DNA of 64,000 nt from Octopus bimaculoides (taxonomy: Eukaryota). The stretch is from positions 35,011,703 to 35,075,702 of the forward strand of contig NC_068998.1 of the NCBI RefSeq assembly GCF_001194135.2, given 5' to 3'. A program made the translations under genes and the position numbers. Below the pieces are notes generated by a model. That model was not told where the DNA came from. It did not search any database and saw only the letters and a program-made list of their open reading frames with translations. Of the stretch, positions 1 to 13,135 are shown piece by piece (the first letter of the stretch is position 1; each line of letters opens with the position of its first letter).

Positions 1-339
1 ACACACCACATTCTCCTCTACCTCCATCTCTCACTAGCTGTCACTCTCCTCTCACACTCTTACAAATTTAGCTATCCACCCTTCCCTATTCTCTTTCCCT
101 ATTCCCTCACCTTCTTGTACCTTGAAGGTATACTCTGATACCTCATTTCTCTTCTTTTTTTTATCTTCTCTCTTTTCAGCTACTCCTTCCTACCCTTATA
201 TAATGTGGAGTAGCCATGTACCTCCTCCACAGCAAAACACTAGTTCTCCTGTTCCTGTACCTTTATCATTCTTCAGCCTCTCAACACCTGGCATAAAGCC
301 CCCTCCCACTCTACTACACCCCTACTCAGTTGAGGGGGA

Positions 340-590
340 TTTTTTGTCTTGGGACTTACTTGGCGACTGCACTAATATCAGGACCATGAAAAATGTACCC
401 AGTCCACTCTGTGAAGTGATTGGCATTAAATAAGACATCAAGCTGTAGAAATTAGGCCAAAATAGACATTAGAGCTTGATGAAATCCTCTGGCTCATTGG
501 ATCCTGTCAAACCAACCAACCGATGCCATCGTGGAAGATGGACATTAAATGATGGTGATGATGGTGATGGTGGAGGTGGTGGTGGTGATG
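340..590 (+). mobile_element. Decayed RTE 3'-end derivative (SINE-like)
   Basis: Similar to the RTE 3' UTR elsewhere in the window (…gctgtagaaa…atggaagatggacattaaatgatggtgatg); ends in a (GAT/GGT)n tail. Confidence 0.55.
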
Positions 591-1956
591 ACGGCACACA
601 TATTGAGCTAATGAAGGGTTTCCTTCATGGCCATATGACTTGCTAGAAATAGCAGCAGAACTACAACTCACACACTACAAGTTTTGTAAAAAAAAAAAAA
701 AAAAAGAACACACACTAAACACATTCTAGTAGATATGTTTTTTATTACAAGTTTTGATCATTCATTTCCAAACTAGAGTAGAACAAGTATCTCAACCACT
801 CTCTATGGGGCTCATCACAAAACTTCTCTTTCTCTCTCTCTCAATGCTCACATGTACATACACACACCATGCACAGACACACACATCACACACACACACA
901 TATACCACTTTTTCGTCTTCTCATTGTCATGGTTGTGCTAGATGGGTCCTTCAGTTTTTTCTGCTGCTACCCATGTTCTAATCAGTTCCAAATACAAAAA
1001 GATATAAAAGGAAGCAAGTGTTAACGAATGAATTACACCAACGAGCATATTTCTACCAGAATTCACCCATCACTACACACTGTTCTCAACATTTTCATTT
1101 GCAACTACAGACATGTTTTGTTTAGAGTTGGGGTAAATTCCAGAAAATTCTATTTATGGCTGATATCAGTAATTTTTACTGGAATGGTCATCTTGTTATC
1201 TGTAAATGCAGATGCTGTGCTGAACAATTATACAGATTAATAGAATCTTCCTGATCACTTTTCCTCTGTCTCTTTTTTATGTCTTTTCCTCTTTCTTTAT
1301 ATCTTTGTCTCTCTATCTTTGTAGCTTTCTTTTTCTCCATTACTATCATACCATTTCTAAAGATATATATCTTCTACCTCTTCAGTACCTTCCTTTCTCT
1401 CTCTCTCTCCTCATTTTCTCTACATTTTTTTACTTTCACTCTTCTTTCCTTTGTCTTCTTCTCTCTCTCACTTACAATTCATTTTTATTTCTATACCCAT
1501 GTCTCTCTCTTTCACACTCTCTTATTTTGCTTTACAATTTGTGTGTATATACATGAATTTCTCTCTCTGTCCTTCTCCTCTGTCTGCCTGTCTGTCTGTA
1601 TGTCTGTCTGTCTCTCTCTCTCCCCCTCACACACACACACTTCATGCTGATTTGTGATTGGTCAGACTATGCCAGCAGCTATAAATTTTGTCTACTTTTT
1701 TTAAGTATTTGTATTTTCCTGATATCAGTTTTTTCTAAACATGTTTGTATTTCTGTTCATTTGTTTGAATTGTCTGTCAAGCTTGTGTTTAAAGATCATT
1801 CTTTCTTTCATTTCACACACACACACACACGCACGCACGCACACACACACGCACGCATGCATGCACGCACGCACGCACACGCGCACACACACAAAAGCAC
1901 ATAAATGTGAAAGAAGGTGGAAAAAATAGTGCTCAAATACCGAAGGTAGAGTAATG

Positions 1957-2031
1957 TACTTTATTAGAAAAGCAGCAAAAATATCACAAAAACAGTTTTT
2001 GTGATATTTTTGCTGCTTTCTTAATAAAGTA
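1957..2031. mobile_element. 75-bp palindromic mini-MITE (MADE-like)
   Basis: 37-bp near-perfect arms (tactttattagaaaagcagcaaaaatatcacaaaaac), 1-nt loop, TA at both ends. Confidence 0.6.
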
Positions 2032-2089
2032 TATATATATATATATATATATAATATCACAAAAACTGTTTTTGTGATATTTTTGCTGC

Positions 2090-2143
<54 letters not shown>

Positions 2144-2327
2144 AAAACAGGAGATTGGAAGAATTTTTTATTATTATTAATTCACCATTACACATGTTTC
2201 ATTTGCTAATAGGAGTTACAAAATTGTACATGTAACAAAAACATGTAAGATATCATCTATTAGAAATTCTTCAGACAGAGAAGCAAATAATACCAGGACA
2301 CAACTTGGATTATAACCAAATCTGCAC

Positions 2328-2368
<41 letters not shown>

Positions 2369-2600
2369 TCATCATCACCATTTTACATCTACCATCCATA
2401 TTGGCATGGGCTGGATGACAGGTAATTTCTACTCTTTTAGATGAGTCAAGCAATCACATCTAACTCGTAATTTTTATTTTTGGCCTGGTTTCTATAGTTG
2501 GATGCCCTTCCTAACATCAGTCACATCACAGAGTGTACTCAATGCACATTTTCCTGGCACCATCAAGAGAGAAGCTGTTGTGTCTTAGACAAAATTAAAC
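2369..2600 (-). mobile_element. RTE 3'-end derivative
   Basis: (ATC)n followed by the reverse complement of the RTE tail (ccatattggcatggg…ttggatgcccttcctaac). Confidence 0.6.
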
Positions 2601-3086
2601 AGTTCTCACAATCCTACTACATTTAACATGGTGTACTCAAGGTACTTTATCATTGCACCAGCACTAGGTATGATAGGAGTGAGAGAGTAATGGGCAGCAA
2701 AAAGTGGATAAATGGTTAGTGTGAGTGATAGCTGTGAACTCACATCTCAAAATAGTGAAAGTGCTGGTGAGACAGGGATAAGAGAAGGAGGAGTAGAACG
2801 TTGGTGAGAGAGAGTCAGAGAGAATTCATGGCATTCCTCATTACTTAGGAAGCAATGCACAGTAAGCCAGAACGACCGTGATGTAGGAAGAGGAAACAGT
2901 GATCGGGAGTTGATCTATAGTGGCTTGAGTAAAGACAAAAGTGACACACACATACTCTCACACATGCACATATATATATATATATATATGAATGTGTGAG
3001 TGCACGTGCGTGTGTAAAATACACACACACACACAGATATACATAAACATATATATATACATACATATACATACACACACTCTCAT

Positions 3087-3118
<32 letters not shown>

Positions 3119-3352
3119 ACACATATCTATACACCAGGTTATTAGTATTGCAAAAAGACTCTCTCTCAGAGTGAAAGGTAGATTGTATGATGCTTGCATG
3201 AGAACAGCTATGTTACATGGTAGTGAGACATGGGCTCTGATTGGAGGACATGTATAGGAGTTATGCAATAATTAGGAATATTATGAGTTGTGGTAATCAG
3301 TGATAGTAGGTGGTTCAAATGCAAACAAGACGGAACGAATCATTTGTCTATA

Positions 3353-3840
3353 TATTGGGTGATCCCATAAATAATGCGGTTTTTTTTTATACTTCTTTTA
3401 TTTTTCAAAATAAAGATAAACTAAGTTCTTTTTTAATCTAAAATATACTCTCCTTCATTTTCTACAATGTTCTTCTGTCTATCTGGTAGACTTGTAAGAC
3501 CCCTCTTCCAAAATTCACTTGTCTGTGATGAGAAATACTCTTCCAGTACTGTTCTGACCGTGTCTACAGAATTCATAGTTCTTCCGTCCAAATGATTTTG
3601 AAGATTGCGGAATAAATGATAATCAGATTCGGAATTATCCAGTGAACATAGTGGGTGGGGCATCGTTTCCCATTCAAACTGCTCCTACCTTTGGAATGTC
3701 ATCCTCACTGTATGTGGCTGAGCATTATCCTGATGGAAGAACACCTTTCATCTCGAAACCAAAGATGGTCATTTTTCTTCTAGTGCTGACTTCAGCTGCT
3801 CAAGCTGCTTGCAGTAGATCTCCTTTGTTAGAGTGAGATT
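3353..3840 (-). mobile_element. Mariner (DD34D) transposase 3' fragment with right TIR
   Basis: Translation reads HQDNAQPH…PHPLCSLDNSESDYHLFR…GEYILD, with 34 residues between the two Asp and in-frame stops. TIR-like tattgggtgatcccataaataatgcggtttt follows a TA at 3351. Confidence 0.9.
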
Positions 3841-3943
3841 GAGAGGGCCTACTCACCGGGTACAGTGTGTAGGGAGTACAATTAGCACAAAGGGTATAGA
3901 GAGGAAGTACCATAACTGTGTAAGGGGAGGTATTTAATGTGTA

Positions 3944-3992
<49 letters not shown>

Positions 3993-4811
3993 GTATATGT
4001 ATGTATGTATATATGTATGTATGTATGTATAAATATATATGTATATTTGTGTGCATATGTGTATCAGAAAATGTTAAACTATGTCTAAGATAAGACCACT
4101 TCAATGTACTGAAGATTGAACCATAACTGTAAATCTTAAAATCTATTTGTAGAAGAAACATTAAACATGATATTTTCTATCCAGATATTCAAAATAGGAT
4201 AGAATTAGGTTATGTAAGGGAACCAAGGAATGGTTCTAACATATATTACATAATTCTGTAGATAGCATATGCCCTTTATACTGCAACATGTTCTAGCATA
4301 GAACTGTTCAGAAACTAATTTTGATATTAAAGTCATGGATGATGAATAATGTTACAACAGGTAGATCCATCAAATGCTTCATCGTTTTCACAGAAATATA
4401 CGTAGGATGGTTTTAAAGATATCTGTATTAATCCAAATATTAGTTGCAAAAGAAAAACATATATTATCTAAGACATCAACATGGATCTTACCTATTTTAT
4501 TGAATCTTATGTAATAGAAACATTTCAGATTATATATGAAAGGTGCAAACCTTTCACCTTTACTTCAAGTTGATGCAGGATTCTGGATGATTTGAGTACT
4601 GTAGGCAATATGTATGCTGAAATTAAATATTTTCCACATATTGGCTTACATCATGACAGCAGCAACAAAAGTGATGGACAGCTATTAAAAATAGATAAAA
4701 TAAATATAAATAGATATTTTTATCCATCCATCCATCTATCTATCCACCCATCTGTCTGTCAGTCTCTCCATTTCTCCATTCATTTGTTCCATCATAAGAC
4801 TTGAATGATTC

Positions 4812-4904
<93 letters not shown>

Positions 4905-5264
4905 CATACATACATACATACATATATGTGTGTGTGTGTGTGTATGTATATGTACATATCTATCTGTTGATATTTATATATGAGTGTGTGTGTGTGTGTT
5001 TGCATGTGTATAAAATATTATTAAGCAAGTAAATGGAGATACTTAATGGATATATACATATGAATCATTCAAGTCTTATGATGGAACAAATGAATGGAGG
5101 AACTGATGTATGTATGGATGGATGGATGGATAAAAATATTTGATATTTATAATATATTTATTGAAGAGATATCTCTTCACAGTATAATATATTAAACCAG
5201 CGTAACTTGGATGGAACCATCCCTATAAGAGGTTTATATCCTCACATTGACTATATATATATAC

Positions 5265-5318
<54 letters not shown>

Positions 5319-5792
5319 AAAGTGACAAGAAAAGAATGAGGCCTCGATATTAAATAAATGGTTCTAGATAAATTCCACTGCAGATAATTCCGCTATGGAA
5401 AATTCCACTAGGTAAATTCCGCCCATGGACTGACTTCCAATATAAGCTGCTCCTGCTAGTAATCACCGTGGTCAGTTTCTCTAGACCGTAAGTCAATACC
5501 TAGGTTATTTAATATGTGTCTCTCAAGTCTTAAGAAACGAGAGAGAGAGAAAGAGAAAGAGAGTCTGAAGATGAGATAAATAATCTTTATAATCTACTTG
5601 AATTGAGGTGGGATCACTTTAATGTACTCCCAATCAAGTAAGAATCTATGGAAAAGACTCATCACAAAATTTCAAAAATAATATAATTTGGGATAAAGAA
5701 AGAAATGATTAAATTTTAGCACACATTTTATTATTACAATAGGATAAAAAATAACAGCGAGTGCATTGTGAAGCAGAGTTAGGATAAGAAAG

Positions 5793-6478
5793 TTCAGCCA
5801 TCTGGTTTCACCAGTCCTCAGTCAAATCGTCTAACCCATGCTAGCATGGAAAGCGGACGTTAAACGACGACGACGATATATATGTGCTGTGCGTGAGAAG
5901 ACCCGGCAAGCCAAGTGAGATCGTTGCCAGTGCCCCTGGACTGGCTCTTGTGCGGGTGGNNNNNNNNNNNNNNNNNNNNNNNNNNNNNNNNNNNNNNNNN
6001 NNNNNNNNNNNNNNNNNNNNNNNNNNNNNNNNNNNNNNNNNNNNNNNNNNNNNNNNNNNNNNNNNNNNNNNNNNNNNNNNNNNNNNNNNNNNNNNNNNNN
6101 NNNNNNNNNNNNNNNNNTGGAAAGCGGACGTTAAACGACGACGACGATATATATGTGCTGTGCGTGAGAAGACCCGGCAAGCCAAGTGAGATCGTTGCCA
6201 GTGCCCCTGGACTGGCTTTTGTGCGGGTGGCACATAAAAGACACCATTTCGAGCGTGGCCATTGCCAGTACCGCCTGACTGGCCTTCGTGCAGGTGACAC
6301 GTAAAAGCACCCACTACACTCTCTGAGTGGTTGGCGTTAGGAAGGGCATCCAGCTGTAGAAACTCTGCCAAATTAGATTGGAGCCTGGTGTTGCCATCTG
6401 GTTTCACCAGTCCTCAGTCAAATCGTCCAACCCATGCTAGCATGGAAAGCGGACGTTAAACGATGATGATGATGATGA
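5793..6478 (+). mobile_element. Two tandem RTE 3'-end copies nested in the Mutator element
   Basis: The second copy starts at the ORF2 end (CAVREKTRQAK*). Both end in atggaaagcggacgttaaacga followed by (CGA)n or (TGA)n. Confidence 0.85.
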
Positions 6479-6481
6479 CAT

Positions 6482-7020
6482 TTATTTGAAAATTTCTGAA
6501 GACAAATTGGGTGCAATATTTCTTAAAAATTGCAGAGTGTTTTCATTTTGATATTCCTGAACTAGCTTCTTCGGCCATGCATCAATAATTTCATAGGTTT
6601 TTTCTGTTTTCTTTGTTGTTAAGTCTCCACATCGAATGTGTGCAATTTTTGTCTGGCTTAATCCTTTCTCAGCTTTGAGGGCAGTGCATAGTTTCCACAA
6701 ATTTGGATGTGTAGATGTTAGTCATGAGCGCAAAGCATTGTGGAACCCTTCTAAAGAATTATTTGATCCTGGAAAGTCCTTTAAGACACGATCACGTACA
6801 TTCCAGAGTTCTATAGGAAAATGTGAGGGTTTCTCTTCACTAAGGAGGACTGTAATCCCTTACAATCCCAATGTATGTAATCTAAAAATAGGTGATAAAC
6901 TCAGAAGGGATGTCTTCATTGTCAGACATGTCTTCAAATACATTGACAATGTCTTCAACATATTTTTTGTATTCATTGACCTTTTTGATATTATTTTTTG
7001 TGTTCTTTTTTTATTTCCAT
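6482..7020 (-). pseudogene. MULE transposase C-terminal remnant
   Basis: EFITYF*ITYIG…FPIELWNVRDRVLKDFPGSNNSLEGFHNALRS*LTSTHPNLWKL…LQFLRNIAPNL matches the recalled WNV…RTNNxxEGWH…HPNxW…LRxIAHNL pattern. Confidence 0.85.
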
Positions 7021-7201
7021 AATATTGTAACCCATATAATAATAATAATAATAATAATGATGATGATGATGATAATTTCAACTATGGTGAAATTTACCAT
7101 GGTGGAATATACCACAATGGAATTTTCCATGGTGGAATTTACCGCAGTGGAATTTGCTTGTCACCAGATAAATAAAGGATTATTTATATGTGTTCTAAAT
7201 T

Positions 7202-7238
<37 letters not shown>

Positions 7239-7434
7239 NNNNNNNNNNNNNNNNNNNNNNNNNNNNNNNNNNNNNNNNNNNNNNNNNNNNNNNNNNNNNN
7301 NNNNNNNNNNNNNNNNNNNNNNNNNNNNNNNNNNNNNNNNNNNNNNNNNNNNNNNNNNNNNNNNNNNNNNNNNNNNNNNNNNNNNNNNNNNNNNNNNNNN
7401 NNNNNNNNNNNNNNNNNNNNNNNNNNNNNNNNNN

Positions 7435-7862
7435 NTATATACTCTCTTTTACTTGTTTCAGTCATTTGATTGTGGCCATGCTGGACCACTGCCTTTAGTC
7501 ATGCAAATCGACCCAAGGACTTATTCTTTGTAAGCCTAGTACTTATTTTATGGGTCTCTTTTGCCGAACCACTAAGTTACGGCGACGTAAACACACCAGC
7601 ATCAGTTGTCAAGCAATGTTGGGGGGACAAACACAGACACACAAACATACACACACACACAAACATACACACATGCACATACATATATATATATACATAT
7701 ATACGATGGGCTTCTTTCATTTTCCGCCTACCAAATCCACTCACAAGGCTTTGGTCGGCCCGAGGCTATAGTAGAAGACACTTGCCCAAGGTGCCACGCA
7801 GTGGGACTGAACCCAGAACCGTGTGATTGGTAAGCAAGCTACTTACCACGCAGCCACTCCTA
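7435..7862 (-). mobile_element. tRNA-derived SINE (family A), well preserved
   Basis: On the - strand: A-box-like TGGCTGCGTGG, B-box-like GGTTCAGTCCC, internal CA/TA tract, 3' end …tgactgaaacaagtaaaagag. Confidence 0.85.
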
Positions 7863-8499
7863 CGAGCAGCTACAGAATACTTTAGCTAAGATTCAAAACT
7901 GTATCTATATTTTCCCATATTGTCAAACAGGTTCTCAGCCCCTTTTCTTAGCCTTTCTTCACTGAAAGATTAATAAGAATGAACTGACCTCTCAGGGCTT
8001 ATTCGAGGCATTCAAGGGCCATAAATGATATAGTGAAGAATGTCATTGTTCTCATTTGACCTAATTAAATTAGAGAAGTTATAAATATACAAGTAAATAT
8101 CAGTTGATCTCTCTCAGTCATCTGACATCTTGCTGAGGAGTGAGCTTTTTCTTTTGCTTTGGATCGCCCAGTCTCATGGTCAAAGAGCAACTGTTCTCTG
8201 TATGTTGATCAGTGTGTGAAGGTAGACTATATCTGCACACACTCTTTTTATTCTGTCTTTCTCACTAACAAGCCTTAGAGATGAAACCGCTATCTATCAT
8301 ACAGAATGGCTTGGAGATCTACCAACAATTGGTGCACACACCAACAACTCAACAAAGTTGTACATATTTTATATATTGTAATGACTAATATTATAACCAT
8401 ATCTATATTAAATGGCCATATTGATAATGAAATAATATTCCTCATTCATTCATTTCTGATCTGCATTATAAGATAAAATTTCTTAGTTACATTTCTTTA

Positions 8500-8880
8500 T
8501 TTATTATTTATCAGTTTCAGTCATTAGACTGTGGTCATGCTGGGGCACTGCCTTGAGAAACCTTTAGTTGAATGTATCGATCCCAGTACTTATTTTTTTA
8601 AAAGCTCAGTACTTATTCTATTGGTCTCTTTGCTGAACTGCTATGTTACAGGGACATAAACACACCAGTACTGGTTGTCAAGCAGTGGTGAGGAATAAGC
8701 AGATACAAAATATACGCGCACACATACGATGGGCTTCTTTCAGTTTCCATCTACCAAATCTATTCACAAAGCCTTAGTCAACCTGAAGCTATAGGAGAAG
8801 ACACTTGCCCAAGGTGCCATGCAGGACTGAACCCTGATGTGGGGAAAGAAGCTTCTAATAACACAGCCATGCTTTGGCAC
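8500..8880 (-). mobile_element. SINE family A, decayed
   Basis: Collinear similarity to 7435-7862. Confidence 0.75.
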
Positions 8881-9410
8881 TCATGCCAACCTCTCCTTCA
8901 TTGGACACTAAACTCTGTTGTGAAAACCTGTTGGGGCAAGTGAAATCGTAATTGAACCATACTTGATGACTGGCACCTGTGCCAGTAGAGCACTAGCAGC
9001 ACTGTCGAGCGTGTTCATTGCCAGAGCAGCTGTTTGGCTTCCATGCTAGTAGCCCGTAAATAGCACCATTAGAGCGTAATCGTTACCAGCGTTGCCTTCT
9101 AGCACTTGTGCTGGTGCCACGTTAGAAAATCATTCGAGCGAGGTCGTTGCCAGTGCCACTGGACTGGCTCCCGTGCATGTGGCACATAAAAAACACATTT
9201 TTGAGCATGGCCGTTGCCAGTATCGTGTGACTGGCATGTAAAAGCACCCACTACACTCTTGGAGTGGTTGGCGTTAGGAAGGGCATCCAGCTGTAGAATC
9301 TCTGCCAGATCAGATTGGAGCCTGGTGCAGCCTTCTGGCTTGCCAGTCTTCAGTCAAATCGTCCAACCCATGCTAGCATGGAAAGCGGACGTTAAATGAT
9401 GATGATGATA
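8881..9410 (+). mobile_element. RTE 3' UTR derivative
   Basis: ttcattggacactaaact…gcaagtgaaatcg, then gttgccagtgcc sub-repeats, then the conserved tail and (GAT)n. Confidence 0.85.
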
Positions 9411-10978
9411 TATGTATGTGTATATATATATGTGTGTGTGTGTGTGTGCATATANNNNNNNNNNNNNNNNNNNNNNNNNNNNNNNNNNNNNNNNNNNNNN
9501 NNNNNNNNNNNNNNNNNNNNNNNNNNNNNNNNNNNNNNNNNNNNNNNNNNNNNNNNNNNNNNNNNNNNNNNNNNNNNNNNNNNNNNNNNNNNNNNNNNNN
9601 NNNNNNNNNNNNNNNNNNNNNNNNNNNNNNNNNNNNNNNNNNNNNNNNNNNNNNNNNNNNNNNNNNNNNNNNNNNNNNNNNNNNNNNNNNNNNNNNNNNN
9701 NNNNNNNNNNNNNNNNNNNNNNNNNNNNNNNNNNNNNNNNNNNNNNNNNNNNNNNNNNNNNNNNNNNNNNNNNNNNNNNNNNNNNNNNNNNNNNNNNNNN
9801 NNNNNNNNNNNNNNNNNNNNNNNNNNNNNNNNNNNNNNNNNNNNNNNNNNNNNNNNNNNNNNNNNNNNNNNNNNNNNNNNNNNNNNNNNNNNNNNNNNNN
9901 NNNNNNNNNNNNNNNNNNNNNNNNNNNNNNNNNNNNNNNNNNNNNNNNNNNNNNNNNNNNNNNNNNNNNNNNNNNNNNNNNNNNNNNNNNNNNNNNNNNN
10001 NNNNNNNNNNNNNNNNNNNNNNNNNNNNNNNNNNNNNNNNNNNNNNNNNNNNNNNNNNNNNNNNNNNNNNNNNNNNNNNNNNNNNNNNNNNNNNNNNNNN
10101 NNNNNNNNNNNNNNNNNNNNNNNNNNNNNNNNNNNNNNNNNNNNNNNNNNNNNNNNNNNNNNNNNNNNNNNNNNNNNNNNNNNNNNNNNNNNNNNNNNNN
10201 NNNNNNNNNNNNNNNNNNNNNNNNNNNNNNNNNNNNNNNNNNNNNNNNNNNNNNATATATATATACAGTGTACCCCCACTTATTTGCAGTTCAGCATTCA
10301 CGGCCCTGGTTATTTGCAGAACTAATAATTGCTCGCAGAAACCATTGCATATTTGTGGAATTGTAAATATTCTCTGCAATTTTTTATGGCTTTTCTGTGG
10401 CAACATATACTTTTACAAACTTTTTAGGCTAAAATATTAATAATAATAACATACCGTATTTGCCAGTTTACTGGACGCCCGTTCGCTGCTGAAGGTCCCT
10501 CTGATTAGAATATCTGCACATCACGTCGCTTGATTTTTTTAGATATAAGTACACTGTATCTTGAATCTCTTATTCCTCCTTTCAATCAAAGCTTGCTAAT
10601 TAATTTAGTGGCATCAATCTATATTTCATACATACACACTTTTTTAAAAATCATGGCTACATTTGATCATACACATTGTTTATTTCAACAGAGTAATTTT
10701 TAAGGTTGTGAGTCAATATAGTCATTGAAATTAGGTTACTTGCTAGTCTTCCCTGCTCTCTCTTATTATTATAGTATAGATTACTGTATCTAGTGGTAAT
10801 ACAAACTAAATTTTTCACAACCATGATTATCTTTAATCTCTGTTCAATTTTCATTGCGCATATTAGATGCAATGAAGATTCTTTTTTTAGTTTTCTTTTG
10901 GAAAACCTGCATCCAGTAGCCATCTCCAGTATTTTGTTGAGTGCTGTGTCTTTCGCAGTGTATTATTAAAGTCCTAAG

Positions 10979-11395
10979 ATGCCACCCAAACGCCCTACAC
11001 CTTCTAAGGCTTCTGGCAGTAAACCTAAGCGCCAGAAAATGGTTTTAACACTCCATGAGAAGGCACAACTGCAAAATATGTTCCAGGAAGGTAAAAGTTA
11101 TGCTGCAGTAGGTAGCTATTATGTTGTCACCGAAAGTACCATACGCTACATAAAGAAGAACTAGGTTGTGATCAGGACTACCGTCGCAGTAAGTTTCTGT
11201 GAAAGTGCCAAAAAGATCACGATAATGAGAAATAAGCACTTCGTCAGGATGGGATCTGTCTTGGCATTGTGAATTAGTGACTGCAAGAAGAAAAACATCC
11301 CCTTCAGCAGTAACATCATCCACGAGAAAGCACAGAATTTATACCAGCAGTTCAACAGAGAAGATGGAGCAGATAGCACCGAAAAACTGCAACTA
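10979..11395 (+). pseudogene. Tigger/pogo-type transposase N-terminus (psq HTH and CENP-B-type HTH)
   Basis: MPPKRP…KRQKMVLTLHEKAQLQNM…AAVGSYYVVTESTIRYIKKN*…ISDCKKKNIPFSSNIIHEKAQNLYQQF. Confidence 0.8.
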
Positions 11396-11444
11396 AGGCC
11401 ATTGACAGCACCGGAGCATGAAGATTTTCAAACATGTATATCAT

Positions 11445-11680
11445 CATCATCATCATCATCGTGTAATGTCCGCTTTCCATGCTGGCATGGGCTGGACGGT
11501 TTGATTGAGGTCTGGCAAGCCAGGAGGTTGCACCAGGCTCCAATCTAATCTGGCAAGGTTTCTACAGCTGAATGCCCTTCCTAATGCCAACCACTCCAAG
11601 ACTGTAGTGGGTGCTTTTTATGTGCCACCGGCACAGGGTCCAGTCAAGTGGAAATGGCAGCGACCATGCTCAAATGGTGC
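11445..11680 (-). mobile_element. RTE 3'-end derivative
   Basis: (ATC)n followed by the reverse-complemented RTE tail. Confidence 0.8.
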
Positions 11681-11716
11681 TTATATATATATATATAGAT
11701 ATATATATATATAGAT

Positions 11717-11753
<37 letters not shown>

Positions 11754-11858
11754 TCCAAATTTCTCTTTATTATAAATTCCATTCTCCTTTATTATAGATT
11801 CATTATATATATATATATATATTTAGATAGATAGATAGATATTTATAGAGAGAGAGAT

Positions 11859-12295
11859 GCGATGCAGGCGTGGCTGTGTGGTAAGAAGCTTGCTTCCAAA
11901 GCACATGGTTCTAGGTTCAGTCCCACTGTGTGGCACCTTGGGGAAGTGTTTTCTGCTATAGCCTTGGGCCAACCAAAGGCCTGTGAATGGATTTGGTAGA
12001 CAGAAATTGATATAAGCCCATCATATATTTGGCGATATATGTAGGCATGTACATATTGATGTGTGTGTCTTTGTGTCTGTGTTTGTCCCCACCCCCATCA
12101 CCACTTGAAGACCGGTGTTGGTATGTTTATGTCCCTGGAACTTAGCAGTTTGGCAAAAGAGACTGATATTATAAGTACTAGGCTTAAAAATAAGTCCTGG
12201 GGTTGATTTGTTCGATTAAAACTCTTCAAGGTGGTGCTCCAGCATGACTGCAGTCAACTGACTGAAACAAGTAAAAGGATAAAAGAGTAAAAGAA
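11859..12295 (+). mobile_element. SINE family A
   Basis: gcaggcgtggctgtgtggtaagaagc…ggttcagtcccactg…tgactgaaacaagtaaaag. Confidence 0.85.
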
Positions 12296-12649
12296 TATAT
12301 ACACATAAACATATATGTATATATTTATATTTGACCTCATTTTTTGTATAGATCAGATGACATTGCCCATTGTATCTTTAAATGACTTTTAAATAATGGA
12401 AATTTATAAATAAATGAAATATGCAAGGAAAACAGGAATAATTGAAGTAGGTTTTAGACATTATATTTCTTATAAATAAATAATAAACTAAAAAAAAAAT
12501 AACTAAGATATTTAATGAACGTGAAAGATTTATAAGAAATGCCAAACGTCATAAAGCAGTAAAATGTGAAAGTGCTTTGGCTGCAATAAAAAATCTCTAT
12601 AGAGTTTGCAGTTTTATCTCAAGAATTGCTATTTGTAACACACTATTAA

Positions 12650-13135
12650 TTATGGTTGCAATGATGCACCTAAGCTATGGTTGTAATGACACAAATCAGT
12701 GATTCTAATGACAAAGCTCAGTTCAATGTTGAATGTATTGAAACAGTGAAGAAATAATTGTAATGATACAGTTTAATGGTGGTTGTAATTATCACAGCTC
12801 AATAGATGTTGTAATGAAATGCAGCTCAGTATTGTTTTTAATGATACAGATGTGTGTTGACTGTAATGAGACAGTGGTTGAAACAAGATTTCAGTGGTGG
12901 CTGTAATAGCATAACACAGTTCAGATGAAATAGCTCAATGTTGGTTATAATGACACAGATAAGTTGTAGTTGTAATGGAACATTGTTTATAGTAATGACA
13001 TCTTAGAAGGCTGCAATGACGTGGTTTAATGAAATAACTTAGTGTTGGCTACAAGATCACTATGATAGTTGTAATGACATAGTTTGTCAGTGACTGTAAA
13101 GACTTCTGCTCTTGCTGGAATGACAGTTCTCAGAA
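12650..13135. repeat. Degenerate ~22-28-bp minisatellite
   Basis: Recurring motif (g)gttgtaatgacacag(ctc)a, roughly 15-20 decayed units. Confidence 0.7.

Larger units (their letters stand above)
5359..7166 (-). mobile_element. Internally deleted Mutator/MULE (Phantom/foldback-like) element
   Basis: TIRs at 5359-5428 and 7076-7166 are built from 15-bp sub-repeats with TGGT…ACCA ends. Flanks attaaataaa / gataaataaa are TSD-like. Transposase C-terminus lies at 6482-7020 (-). Confidence 0.75.

Noticed and set aside
5847-6230. Direct duplication either side of an N gap (5847-5959 vs 6118-6230)
   Set aside because: Near-identical overlap across a gap (one SNP seen); most likely unmerged contig ends or haplotypes.
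7435-12295. SINE heads as tRNA genes
   Set aside because: Only A/B-box remnants; no cloverleaf; each continues into a SINE body.
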